Shown here piece after piece: positions 1-9,482 of a stretch of 64,000 nucleotides of DNA (position 1 is its first letter; every line of letters begins with the position of its first letter). The stretch is taken from positions 2,528,001 to 2,592,000 of the forward strand of contig CAXXVL010000002.1 in the NCBI GenBank assembly GCA_963667845.2. Direction: 5' to 3'. The notes below the pieces were generated by a model that was not told the origin of the DNA, made no database searches, and saw only the letters and a list, made by a program, of their open reading frames with translations. A program made the translations under genes and the position numbers. Source of the stretch: Smithellaceae bacterium (lineage in GTDB: Bacteria > Desulfobacterota > Syntrophia > Syntrophales > Smithellaceae).

Positions 1-791
1 ACCTGGGCAACGATCTGTTCTTTGCTTTCCTGGATCCCCACAATCAATACAGATGCGCGTACTTCAAAGGGACGGAGGATTTAGCTGAGGCGCAGGAAAT
101 GAAGCTTGACCTTATCTGCCGCAAGCTGGATTTAAAGCCTCAGGATCGTCTTCTGGACATCGGCTGCGGCTGGGGCGGCCTGGCCCGATGGGCCGCCGAG
201 CGCCATGGATGCGAGGTGACGGCCGTCAATATATCCCGTGAGCAGATTCAATACGCTCGCGACTATTGCCGGAATCTGCCGGTGACAATCCTTGATAAAG
301 ATTATCGGAAAATCGACGGGACATTTGACAAAATTGTCTCTGTCGGCATGTTTGAACATGTGGGCATGAAGAATTATCGGACGTTCATGGAGGTGGCGGA
401 GCGCTGCCTGAAAAAAGGAGGGCTTTTCCTTCTCCACACCATCGGCTCCAACGCTTCCAAGGTTAACGGGGACCGCTGGATCAATCGCTATATCTTCCCC
501 AACGGGATGCTTCCCAGCCTCGACCAGATCAGCAAAGCCGCTCAAGGGCTCTTCGTCATCGAAGACGTCCAAAATCTGGGCACGCACTACCAGAAAACGC
601 TGCAGTCATGGAACGAGCGGTTTCAGAAGGCCTGGCCCGGTTTGAGCAAGACGTATGACCGGACGTTCAAGCGAATGTGGGAATTCTATCTGATGGCCTG
701 TGCCGGCGCGTTCGCCGCGAGGCATATCCAGGTCTGGCAGATCGTTATGTCCAATGCCAGAGCGCAATTGCCGCAATGCCGGTTTGCATAG
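1..791 (+). CDS. cfa: Cyclopropane-fatty-acyl-phospholipid synthase, 5'-truncated by window edge
   Basis: Frame is open from base 3 (LGNDLFFAFLDPHNQY..CAYF) into ORF 99..791; motifs LLDIGCGWGG, IVSVGMFEHVG, YIFPNG, RMWEFYL. Confidence 0.93.
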   Translation, partial: LGNDLFFAFLDPHNQYRCAYFKGTEDLAEAQEMKLDLICRKLDLKPQDRLLDIGCGWGGLARWAAERHGCEVTAVNISREQIQYARDYCRNLPVTILDKDYRKIDGTFDKIVSVGMFEHVGMKNYRTFMEVAERCLKKGGLFLLHTIGSNASKVNGDRWINRYIFPNGMLPSLDQISKAAQGLFVIEDVQNLGTHYQKTLQSWNERFQKAWPGLSKTYDRTFKRMWEFYLMACAGAFAARHIQVWQIVMSNARAQLPQCRFA

Positions 792-844
792 CCGGATAAA
801 GACTCGCGCAAATTCTATTTCGGATACTAGGGAAGGATGGACTC

Positions 845-1438
845 ATGAAATCATTCTGGCTGTGCTTTGTTCCGCTTTTTGTGGCCGTGGACGCCATCGG
901 GCTTTTGCCGCTGTTTATCAATCTGACCGAAGGCATGGGAAAAAAGGTTGTCCGGAAGATCATCCTGCAATCCATGATCACGGCGCTGGCGGTCGCGCTT
1001 GTTTTCATCGCCGTGGGCATGGGAATTTTTCGATTCCTGAATATTTCCGTTGCTGATTTTATGATCGCGGGCGGAACGCTGCTCTTCGGTATTTCCGTTC
1101 GCGATATCCTGACGACGGACAAAAAACTCCTGGAAGTGGACACCGAAAGTGTGGGAGCCGTGCCGATCGGCGTGCCGCTGATTACCGGTCCGGCTGTGCT
1201 GACCACATCGCTTTTACTGATTAATGAACATAGCGCAGTGATCACATCGCTGGCCCTTGCCGCGAATATCCTGATTGCGGGAAGTATGTTTCTTATGGCG
1301 CCGCTCATCTACAGGGTGCTCGGCAAAACGGGCTCAAAAGCCATATCCAAGATCATCAGCCTACTTCTGGCGGCGATCGGTGTCATGATCGTCCGCCGGG
1401 GGATCGCCATCTTCATCACGCAGGGAATTCAGTTTTAA
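845..1438 (+). CDS. MarC family integral membrane protein
   Basis: FVPLFVAVDAIG, F-IAGG-LLF, VPIGVPLITGPA motifs; six hydrophobic segments. Confidence 0.9.
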   Translation: MKSFWLCFVPLFVAVDAIGLLPLFINLTEGMGKKVVRKIILQSMITALAVALVFIAVGMGIFRFLNISVADFMIAGGTLLFGISVRDILTTDKKLLEVDTESVGAVPIGVPLITGPAVLTTSLLLINEHSAVITSLALAANILIAGSMFLMAPLIYRVLGKTGSKAISKIISLLLAAIGVMIVRRGIAIFITQGIQF

Positions 1439-1488
1439 CGCCATCCCCGGCAAGCATTTGTGATGCTTTGCAGACGTTTACGCCCGGC

Positions 1489-1511
1489 GGCGGCGGAAAG
1501 ATTTCCGCCGC
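1489..1511. terminator. GC-rich hairpin between convergent marC-like and dodecin genes
   Basis: GCGGCGGAA..TTCCGCCGC inverted repeat; no strong U tract. Confidence 0.4.
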
Positions 1512-1579
1512 TGTCAACTTGATGAAATGTGTGGATCCCGCGTTCACCGCGGCATCGTCGACTGAGAGCTAAAACACCG

Positions 1580-1786
1580 CTACGGCAAATATTTGAACGA
1601 CACTCTCAGTTTCACGCGATATTCGACCACTTTACCTTCTTCGACTCTCATGTCCAGTTCCTTGACTTCCGCGACGCGAACTTCTTTGAGGCTTTTGGAC
1701 GCGGTTTCCACCGCCTTTTTCGCTGCGTCTTCCCAGGATTTTTCACTGCCGCCGATGATCTCAATGACCTTATAGATACTGCTCAT
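1580..1786 (-). CDS. Dodecin family flavin-binding protein
   Basis: 68 aa; YKVIEIIG-S--SWEDAAKKAV...YRVKLRVSF; AGGAG RBS. Confidence 0.9.
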   Translation of the reverse strand: MSSIYKVIEIIGGSEKSWEDAAKKAVETASKSLKEVRVAEVKELDMRVEEGKVVEYRVKLRVSFKYLP

Positions 1787-2219
1787 GATTCTTCTCCTTT
1801 CTGCCGAACGGTTTTTAGTCCTCTAAACGTTACACACCGGCATTTAAGCCCGGCAACAATAGATATAAACGGACCGCCGCAAAGGATTGGTCCGCAAACG
1901 CAAAGGCGAATGGCGATGGAGAAGCAGCAGCCCATGACAAAAAGAAACGTCAAAATGAATGTCAAAAAGAAAATATTTGAAGAAAGCGGATTAAGCGATT
2001 GTCAACCAGCATTCAGACGGCCGGAGGAAACGACCGCGAAGATCAACGGCAGTTGTATTATAGCTCCATTACGGAGTGCGTCAAGCGAAGAATAGAAAGC
2101 GGCTTCCCGATCCGGAAGCCGCTGATGCTTGTTAAAGCGAGATGGAGAGAAGCCTCTAACCGGAATTGATTAATCTTGTCAAAAGGCTATAAAATTTTAC
2201 CCCGCTTCAAATGCGAAAA

Positions 2220-2468
2220 TCAATGCCCGCAAGATGAGCAGTTCGATGACGAGCAGGACGAACAGCCGGAACTTGACGGCGCGCCGGTCGATACGGAACT
2301 TCCCGAACCCAGGGATCCGTATTTACCTTTACTGACTTTGGAAATCATTTTACTGGTCTTCTTGGATTTGCACTTCGGGCAGACGGCATTAGGCTTTTCA
2401 CTGAGGCTCAGCGTGACCACCTCGAATTGTTTTTTGCATTTATCGCACTGGTACTCATAAATCGGCAT
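2220..2468 (-). CDS. FmdB family zinc-ribbon protein
   Basis: MPIYEYQCDKC...CPKC plus Ser/Gly-rich tail with CSSC..CSSC. Confidence 0.88.
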   Translation of the reverse strand: MPIYEYQCDKCKKQFEVVTLSLSEKPNAVCPKCKSKKTSKMISKVSKGKYGSLGSGSSVSTGAPSSSGCSSCSSSNCSSCGH

Positions 2469-2557
2469 AGCTTTTAATCCTTAGATGTATTTGCCGCAAT
2501 TTATAGATTTAATTGGAAAAAGTCAATAGCCGGGAGGTGTTTCGCTGAAATTGTCCA

Positions 2558-2586
2558 TTGACATACCGGCGCCTTCTTCTTATACT
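2558..2586 (+). promoter_or_regulatory. Sigma70-type promoter for the PLP enzyme gene
   Basis: TTGACA-17 nt-TATACT, ~60 nt before ATG 2645. Confidence 0.65.
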
Positions 2587-2644
2587 GCGCCCCATCGAAA
2601 GCATGATTCAAAAGCAAAATCATTTGCTTAAAGGAAAGGATCCC

Positions 2645-3832
2645 ATGACGGTAAAAGATAAGACAAAATCCATTTTTACGAAGTCCATCCATGCGGGGGA
2701 AGATCGGGCGCGCTATGCCGATTCCATCACCACGCCGATCGTCCAGTCCTCGACCTATTCCTTCAAGGACAGCAAGGAAATTGAAGCCTACACCAAGAAC
2801 GACAAAAAACGCTATGAATACGGCAGATACGGAAATCCGACGGAAAAAGTCGCAGAAAGGCGCCTGGCGGAACTCGACGGGGCCGAAGAAGCGCTGATGT
2901 TTTCGTCCGGCATGATGGCCATTACCACGACTATCCTGGCGCTGGTGCAGTCCGGCGACCATATCGTGATTACCGATGACTGTTACGGAAAAACTCTGGA
3001 ATTCTGCCGGTCTTATCTCAAGCGGTTCGGCATCGAATGCACGATTGTGCCTTTCGGCGACTACGAGGCGATGGATGCCTCCATCCGGAAAAAGACGCGT
3101 TTCATTTTTTCGGAGTCTCCGACCAATCCGTACCTCAATGTGTTTGACATGGTCAAATTCAAACAGATCGGCGATAAGCACAAGGTCATTACCATTATCG
3201 ATTCCACCTTTGCCACGCCGTTCAATCAGCGGCCGCTCGATTACGGCATCGACCTGGTGATCCACAGCGCCACAAAATATCTGGCCGGCCACAATGACAT
3301 TCTGGCCGGCGTGCTCCTGGGGAAAAAGGAGCTGGTGAGCAAAGTCCGCGAGCTGCACAAGTCCATGGGCGGTGTGATCGACCCGCATTGCTGCTATCTG
3401 CTCCTGCGCGGGCTCAAAACGTTTCCGCTCAGAATGAGAGCGCAAAATGAGACCGCGCTCAGGATCGCCGAATATCTGGAGGCGCATCCGAAGATTGAAA
3501 GAGCCTATTATCCCTTTCTCCCGAGCCACGCCCATTATCAGATCGCCAAAGAGCAGATGAAAGGCGGAGGCGGCGTTGTCACCTTCACGGTCAAGGGTGA
3601 TCTGGACGCGTCGAAAAGGTTTATGGATTCTCTGGAGATGATCTACATCGCCCCGAGCCTCGGCGGCGTGGAGACATTGATTACGCATCCCGCCACGGTG
3701 ACCTATTACCGGTATACGCGCGAACAGCGCTATGAGCTGGGCATTGTCGATAATCTCTTCCGTCTGGCCGTCGGCATTGAAGATCCGGACGATATCATTG
3801 CCGACCTGGAAAGAGGATTTGCCAACGTTTAA
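2645..3832 (+). CDS. Cys/Met metabolism PLP-dependent enzyme (cystathionine gamma-synthase / methionine gamma-lyase family)
   Basis: YGRYGNPT, FSSGMMAI, ESPTNP, DSTFATP, HSATKYLAGHND (PLP lysine), SLGGVETL; start moved to ATG 2645 after AAGGA. Confidence 0.92.
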   Translation: MTVKDKTKSIFTKSIHAGEDRARYADSITTPIVQSSTYSFKDSKEIEAYTKNDKKRYEYGRYGNPTEKVAERRLAELDGAEEALMFSSGMMAITTTILALVQSGDHIVITDDCYGKTLEFCRSYLKRFGIECTIVPFGDYEAMDASIRKKTRFIFSESPTNPYLNVFDMVKFKQIGDKHKVITIIDSTFATPFNQRPLDYGIDLVIHSATKYLAGHNDILAGVLLGKKELVSKVRELHKSMGGVIDPHCCYLLLRGLKTFPLRMRAQNETALRIAEYLEAHPKIERAYYPFLPSHAHYQIAKEQMKGGGGVVTFTVKGDLDASKRFMDSLEMIYIAPSLGGVETLITHPATVTYYRYTREQRYELGIVDNLFRLAVGIEDPDDIIADLERGFANV

Positions 3833-4090
3833 GTTCATGCTCTAACCCGGGCGCAATCTCTGTGAGCGGTCGAAGCCTTAATGCGTGCAATGACCTTCAA
3901 AGTCGTGCATCTTTTGTAAAGTTTCCTGACAGATAAATCGGTTTGGGCGTAAATTTGTGATACGCAACACAGTTAACAGATTCATTCTATGACTATGAAC
4001 AGAAAAGTTCGGCGGACTGTCCGGTTCTAAAACTCTGGAACAAAACCGCGCGTTCATATTACGAATGTTCATACAAAGGAGGATCTGAAA

Positions 4091-4828
4091 ATGAAAAAAG
4101 TGATTTGCGTTCTTTGTCTTTTCTTTTTATTCTTATCTTTTTCCCCTGCCGTTTTTGCTCAGGATAAATCCGAGGGCGCCAAAGCATTTGATAACTATGG
4201 TATCTACCTTGGTCTCGTGGGCGGCGTTTCTATTCCCAGCGAAAATACAGACGCAGTTTTCACGTGGGCAAGCGGAAACCAGCAGATTTTCGACACGAAA
4301 ATGAAATCCGGATTCCTATATGGGTTCAAGGTCGGCTGGCTCACTCCTTTTACCAACAGAATCATGGCCGTGGAACTGGAATATAACCATCTGGAAAATA
4401 AATATGACAGCGCAAGTCTGCGAGGGACAGGCCTTGATGGAGATATGAGCGGGAAAATATCGATCCATCAACTCATGCTCAACCTGCTGGCTAGAAAGCC
4501 ATCGGGCAAATTTCATCCCTATGTTGGTCTTGGGTTAGGCTACGCTGATGTAAAGGTCGATAGCCACGACTTCTCGCTCCCTGCCATTCCATTTCGGTTG
4601 TTGTATTCCGGTGGTTCGGCCGGAGTTTTAGCTTATCAGGTAATGCTGGGCATGGATTTTGACGTCTATAAAGATATTTCTGTCGGTATCGGCTATAAGT
4701 ATATCGCGACCGCTCAGAAAGTTTCATACGAGTCCACACTTTTAACAATTGACCCTCCGCGAAAAGGAACCATGGAAGTGGATTATGGATCGCACAATCT
4801 GCTGTTGAGCGTCGCCTATATGTTTTAA
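4091..4828 (+). CDS. Outer-membrane beta-barrel protein (OmpA-like transmembrane / opacity-porin type)
   Basis: Signal peptide ending AVFA, alternating beta strands, PYVGLGLG, C-terminal YMF; AGGAGG RBS. Confidence 0.8.
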   Translation: MKKVICVLCLFFLFLSFSPAVFAQDKSEGAKAFDNYGIYLGLVGGVSIPSENTDAVFTWASGNQQIFDTKMKSGFLYGFKVGWLTPFTNRIMAVELEYNHLENKYDSASLRGTGLDGDMSGKISIHQLMLNLLARKPSGKFHPYVGLGLGYADVKVDSHDFSLPAIPFRLLYSGGSAGVLAYQVMLGMDFDVYKDISVGIGYKYIATAQKVSYESTLLTIDPPRKGTMEVDYGSHNLLLSVAYMF

Positions 4829-4849
4829 TTTGTCCGGAAAAGAAGCCAA

Positions 4850-4886
4850 GGTCGGGAGTTTACTTTAAGCTCCCGGCCTCTTTTTA
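4850..4886 (+). terminator. Rho-independent terminator
   Basis: GGTCGGGAG...CTCCCGGCC stem followed by TCTTTTT. Confidence 0.7.
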
Positions 4887-4953
4887 TGCGGAGAGCGCAA
4901 CTCGTGCCTGAGAGGGATCGGCGGGGTGTTAGTCTCTCTTAGAAAAGGGCCCT

Positions 4954-5685
4954 TTATTTCCAGGCCTTCACGATGGCGTAAGGGCAGGTGGGGACTTTGA
5001 GGCATTGGACGTCGCGAAATCCCGCGGCGAGTAATGCGCAAGCGAGCTCCTTTCCCGAAAAACTTTGTCCGAAGACCACATGACGCAATCCCCAGAAGTG
5101 GAGCCAGTCGGGAACGAGTCGCAGCCGGAAGCGTTTTACAAAATTCCGCAGAGCGTCATCCGTTGCTTCTCGGTCGGTTTCCGCAACAATCAGACAGCTG
5201 CCGGGTTTGAGCACGCGATGAATTTCCGTGAGTCCGCGATGAGTGTCCGGCCAGTGCTTGATCGATCCGACGCTTACGGCCGCATCAAACATCCCGGAGG
5301 GAAACTTCAGCTCCATGGCGTTGCCCTGTTCGAATGAACAATTGTCCGTTCCTTTTTCCCGGCGGTATTTTTCCGCTTCGCGGACCTGTCTGCGTGAGTA
5401 ATCGACACCGATCACCTGAGCACAAGGATTTTGAGCGGCAAGAAGCGCAGTCAGGTAGCCTTGCCCGGCCCCGACATCGAGAAACAGAGCCCTGCCTGAA
5501 ATTTTCAGCTCGCGGGCAATGACCTGATTAAGCGGAGTCAGGATGCCGTTGATGCCCCGGTTGTAAAGCGATCCCATGATATCCCACACTTGCCGTGAAT
5601 CCCGGGCGCGGGTCAAAAGTCTGATCCACAGGGAAGGTCCGGGATCTCCATAAGGGACATCGGGAGGGGGCGGCAGACAGGTCAT
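4954..5685 (-). CDS. Class I SAM-dependent methyltransferase
   Basis: LDVGAGQG, GVDYS, FDAAVS, HRVLKPG; ATG 5685 preceded by GGAG. Confidence 0.85.
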   Translation of the reverse strand: MTCLPPPPDVPYGDPGPSLWIRLLTRARDSRQVWDIMGSLYNRGINGILTPLNQVIARELKISGRALFLDVGAGQGYLTALLAAQNPCAQVIGVDYSRRQVREAEKYRREKGTDNCSFEQGNAMELKFPSGMFDAAVSVGSIKHWPDTHRGLTEIHRVLKPGSCLIVAETDREATDDALRNFVKRFRLRLVPDWLHFWGLRHVVFGQSFSGKELACALLAAGFRDVQCLKVPTCPYAIVKAWK

Positions 5686-5752
5686 GAAAGAAGTCTCCAA
5701 AAGAAATTTGTCCGGGCTTTATCACAAAAAAGAAAACGGGGTCAAGCGGATG

Positions 5753-5905
5753 TCAGGACATCTTGATGGCAATGGCCCCGGCCACAATCATGAAAATGGA
5801 TAAACCGCGTGTAAAGGTGATGCGTTCCTTCATGATCAGGGCGGAAAAAATAGTGCCGAAAAAAATCGAGGTCTCGCGCAGCCCCGCCACGAGGGCCGCC
5901 GGCGC
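5753..5905 (-). pseudogene. C-terminal remnant of an EamA/DMT transporter
   Basis: ALVAGLRETSIFFGTIFSALIMKERIT..RGLSIFMIVAGAIAIK is the typical DMT C-terminus; no N-terminal part upstream. Confidence 0.7.
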
Positions 5906-6198
5906 CGGATCATTCCCCTGAAGGCATGACCCGACAGTCGCGCCCTTGGGCGTCCGCCAAAACCCGGCGTTTATTTGACATTTAAATAAGCACTGTGTTA
6001 TTGTAAACATGGTTAGATGTTTTATGTTTTGATAGATAAAAGCAACAATTAAAAATCTCTTATTTCTTCGTTTTGCGTGGGAATATCAGGAGGAGGTGGT
6101 CGACAGATAACCCGCTTTATTCACCGAGTTGACATTGTTTCAGTTGCATATTTGCGATATCCTAAATTTAAATGTAATCAAATGGAGGGAGATGAACA

Positions 6199-7692
6199 AT
6201 GAAAACGATGATCGGGAAAAGAGTTACAGTTCTCATGTGTTGTATGTTTCTTTTCACCTTGATGGCCGTGAGTCCGTCCTTGGCCTCGGCAGCAAAAGCA
6301 AAAAAGATAGACAAAACAGATAAAGCCGCACCCGATGACAGAATAGGTCAGCCAAAGGCAAAGTTTGATTCCAAAATGATGGGAGACATGTCCGATTTCG
6401 ATCCCACAAAATCGGCAATGGCGGGTACCGTTAAAGGGGACACCATCAAGATTGCCTATGTGAATACCTTTTCCGGGCCGGGCGGCGCGAATGGACCCAT
6501 CCATATGATGCCGCTTCAGTTTGCCGCCCATGACATCAACAAGCGCGGGGGGATCTGGGTGGACGGAAAAAAGAGACTGATTGAAATTTTCCAGGCCGAT
6601 CATATGTCCAAACCTGATCAGACCAAGAAAATCTGTGAACGGATGGTTCTCCAGGAGAAAGTTCATTTCCTGGTGGGCACCTCCGGCAGCAACCTGCAGA
6701 AGATCATCAACGAGGTGGGCAACAAATACAAGGTAATCTCCGTGAATGAAGGCTCTCTGGCCGATGAACTCCAGGATGCCACGAATTTCGGGCGTTATTC
6801 TTTCATGCCCTCGCCGACAACTGATCAGATCGGACGCGGAATGGCCTATTTCTATGGTCAAATCCGCAAGAAAGAAAAGAAGTTCTACATCCTGTGTCAG
6901 GACTATTCCTTTGGCCACGGGATGGCGGATTCGTTCAAAGCGGGTCTGAAGGAATATTTTCCGGAGGCCGTGATTGTCGGCGAAGATTATCACAAGCTCT
7001 TCCTCACGGACTTTGCCCCCTATCTGGAAAAGATCAAGGCCTCCGGCGCTGAGGTCATCTACACGGGGGACTGGATTCCCGATGCCGCCAATCTTTTGAA
7101 GCAGGCCCGCCAGATGGGCATAAAGATTCCCTTTGCCAACCTCTTCATGAACGAGCCCAATTTTCTCCATGAAGTGGGCGTGGAAGGGACAAAAGGTCTG
7201 ATGAACATCGATGTCTATGATATGCCCAATGCCTTCAAGGATCATCCCGACTATATAAAATTTTACAAGACATGGAACGATGGCTGGAAGAAGGGATGGC
7301 CGGCGCCTTTCAATACAAGGCTGTATGAACATGGGACCGGCGGCATCGGTTTATACGGGGTAAGCGGCTACTGGCTTTTCAGCGTTATCGAACGGGCAAA
7401 GAGTTTGGACCCCGAAAAGATCATCAAGGTTTGGGAGGGGGACGTCTATCAGTACCCCAACGGCAAAATTGTGAAAATGCGGGCCTGCGACCACAAGACC
7501 ATCCAGCCCTTGAGGGTTGGCGAATACGTAGCGCCGGCGGAACAGAAGATATCCATGATCATTCCCCCTTATTACTGGTTCCAGGGCGCATCGTCGGTGG
7601 GTCCCGCCTGGCTCATTCCGGCCGGCAAGATCCTCCCCCCGATGGACCAGAAGCTGGATCGCTGCAAAGGGAAAAGCGAATGGGGTGAATAA
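6199..7692 (+). CDS. ABC transporter substrate-binding protein (branched-chain amino acid / type 1 periplasmic fold)
   Basis: Signal peptide; SGP-G, DINKRGG, QDYSFGH, TDFAPYLEKIKASGAEVI; no permease/ATPase adjacent. Confidence 0.85.
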   Translation: MKTMIGKRVTVLMCCMFLFTLMAVSPSLASAAKAKKIDKTDKAAPDDRIGQPKAKFDSKMMGDMSDFDPTKSAMAGTVKGDTIKIAYVNTFSGPGGANGPIHMMPLQFAAHDINKRGGIWVDGKKRLIEIFQADHMSKPDQTKKICERMVLQEKVHFLVGTSGSNLQKIINEVGNKYKVISVNEGSLADELQDATNFGRYSFMPSPTTDQIGRGMAYFYGQIRKKEKKFYILCQDYSFGHGMADSFKAGLKEYFPEAVIVGEDYHKLFLTDFAPYLEKIKASGAEVIYTGDWIPDAANLLKQARQMGIKIPFANLFMNEPNFLHEVGVEGTKGLMNIDVYDMPNAFKDHPDYIKFYKTWNDGWKKGWPAPFNTRLYEHGTGGIGLYGVSGYWLFSVIERAKSLDPEKIIKVWEGDVYQYPNGKIVKMRACDHKTIQPLRVGEYVAPAEQKISMIIPPYYWFQGASSVGPAWLIPAGKILPPMDQKLDRCKGKSEWGE

Positions 7693-7878
7693 ACCTCCAA
7701 CATGAACAAGACGAAGGGTCCGGCAGAGTGCCCGACCGGGTTGAGCCCTTCGTCCAATGTACCGGGGAATAAACATGTCCGGTCGGCTTGCATTCGCCTT
7801 GACCGACCGGACATGGATCACCAGGAAATGATGAATTGGCGGAAGAGGGGTTACCACCGCCTGACGGATTAACTATTT

Positions 7879-9405
7879 CTAAACTATTTTGCGTAGCTCC
7901 CGCTTCAGGACTTTTCCCACGGGGCTTTTCGGGAGCTCTTTTAAAAAGGCAATGGATTTTGGCGCTTTAAACCGCGGCAGCGTTTTCAGGCAGTGGTTGA
8001 TCAGTTCCTCTTCTGAAGCAGTAGCGCCGGCATGCAATACAACAAAGGCTTTCACTTCCTCGCCATAGAGGGCGTCGGGAATACCGACCACCGCCGCTTC
8101 CTGAACCGCCGGATGGGTAAACAAGGCTTCTTCCACGGCGCCGGGAGAGATGTTTTCCCCGCCCCGGATGATCAGATCCTTTTTGCGGCCGGTAATGAAG
8201 AGATCACCGTCCTCGTCGAGATGGCCCATGTCGCCGGTATGCATCCAGCCGTTTTTCAGCGTCTCGGCCGTTTCCTCGGGTTTGTTCAGATACCCCTTCA
8301 TGACGTTCGGGCCGCGAACGCAGATCTCGCCTTCCTGAAGCTTGGGAAGCTCCCGGTCGTTGTCATCAAGAATGCTTATCTCGACATTTTTAATGGCACT
8401 GCCAACTGAACCCGGTTTTCTGGCGCTTCCTGTCCGCTGGCGGGTGATGGTGGGAGATGTTTCCGTCATGCCGTATCCCTGATAAAGGCTGCCGCCCAGG
8501 GTTTTTTCCACGGCCTTCAATGTTTCCACGCTGAGCGGCGCGGCAGCACTGATCCAGCGGCGGATGGAGCTCAGGTTATGCTTCTGGGGGTTGTATATTT
8601 CCAGGAACTTTATAAGCATGGTGGGAACGCCGACAAATTGCGTCACCTTGTGCCGGGTAATGCTCGAAAGTCCCAGCTCCGGATCAAACCATTTGTGGAT
8701 GATAAGATGCGCCCCCGTAATATTGCATTCGTTCACCATCAGCATACCGTAAATATGATTTAAGGGCAGAGGCACCAGGTAAACATCACTATTGTCCGTC
8801 GGCCAGGAGGGCGACCCGTCTTCCAGGTTGGACCCGATATTGCGATGGGAAAGCATGACACCCTTGGGAAATCCCGTCGTTCCCGATGTATACATCAGTA
8901 CCGCCGTATCATCGGGGCCCATGACCGCCATCTCGAATGCCGCAGACCTGCCGGATAGCATATCTTCAAAAGACACCGTACCGGAGGGCAGAGTTTCGCC
9001 GCCCGTGATGATGACATGCTTTATGGTTTTCAGCCCTTTGGCCGCTTCCGCGATCTTCGGATACAGTTCCATATTGGTGATCACGGCAACCGCCCGGGAA
9101 TCCTCCAGGATATAGCGAATCTCAGGCGCCGAAAGGCCGAAGACCACGGGCAGGAAAACGGCGCCTGATTTGAAAATGCCCATGAAGGTTACGGGAACCG
9201 CTGGACTGTTGGGCATAATAGCAGCGACGATATCGCCGCGCTTGATGCCCAGTTTCGCCAGAGAACCCGCGAGGGCATCGGACCGGTTGAATAAGGTCCG
9301 ATTACTGAACCGCTCTTCGAAGTTCTGCTCTTCGTAAGTTAAGATATCATACTCTCCGAATTTTTCGATGCTCTGCCAACCGTAGCGCGCGTAATTCCAA
9401 TTCAT
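7879..9405 (-). CDS. Long-chain fatty-acid--CoA ligase (AMP-binding)
   Basis: YTSGTTGFPKG, QGYGMTE, TGDMG, GRKKDLIIRGGENI, PKSPVGK. Confidence 0.92.
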   Translation of the reverse strand: MNWNYARYGWQSIEKFGEYDILTYEEQNFEERFSNRTLFNRSDALAGSLAKLGIKRGDIVAAIMPNSPAVPVTFMGIFKSGAVFLPVVFGLSAPEIRYILEDSRAVAVITNMELYPKIAEAAKGLKTIKHVIITGGETLPSGTVSFEDMLSGRSAAFEMAVMGPDDTAVLMYTSGTTGFPKGVMLSHRNIGSNLEDGSPSWPTDNSDVYLVPLPLNHIYGMLMVNECNITGAHLIIHKWFDPELGLSSITRHKVTQFVGVPTMLIKFLEIYNPQKHNLSSIRRWISAAAPLSVETLKAVEKTLGGSLYQGYGMTETSPTITRQRTGSARKPGSVGSAIKNVEISILDDNDRELPKLQEGEICVRGPNVMKGYLNKPEETAETLKNGWMHTGDMGHLDEDGDLFITGRKKDLIIRGGENISPGAVEEALFTHPAVQEAAVVGIPDALYGEEVKAFVVLHAGATASEEELINHCLKTLPRFKAPKSIAFLKELPKSPVGKVLKRELRKIV

Positions 9406-9482
9406 AAAACCCTCCAGATGCAGTTTTCTATCCGAAATATCTATGCTCCATCTTCCCGGCGTTCACTTGAATGCTTAGCAGA

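Noticed and set aside
1783..2095. Short hydrophobic minus-strand ORF and the opposite 188-aa ORF
   Set aside because: No recognisable motif or RBS; a decayed gene cannot be excluded but is unsupported.
2590..2640. SAM riboswitch ahead of the Cys/Met enzyme
   Set aside because: The leader is only ~50 nt and lacks S-box consensus elements.
2501..3838. Long antisense ORF opposite the PLP enzyme (likewise 6178..7332, 10981..12210, 17863..19041, 41361..42479, 50235..52238, 61315..62529, 62906..63871)
   Set aside because: These are shadow frames of well-supported genes in GC-rich DNA and carry no family motifs.
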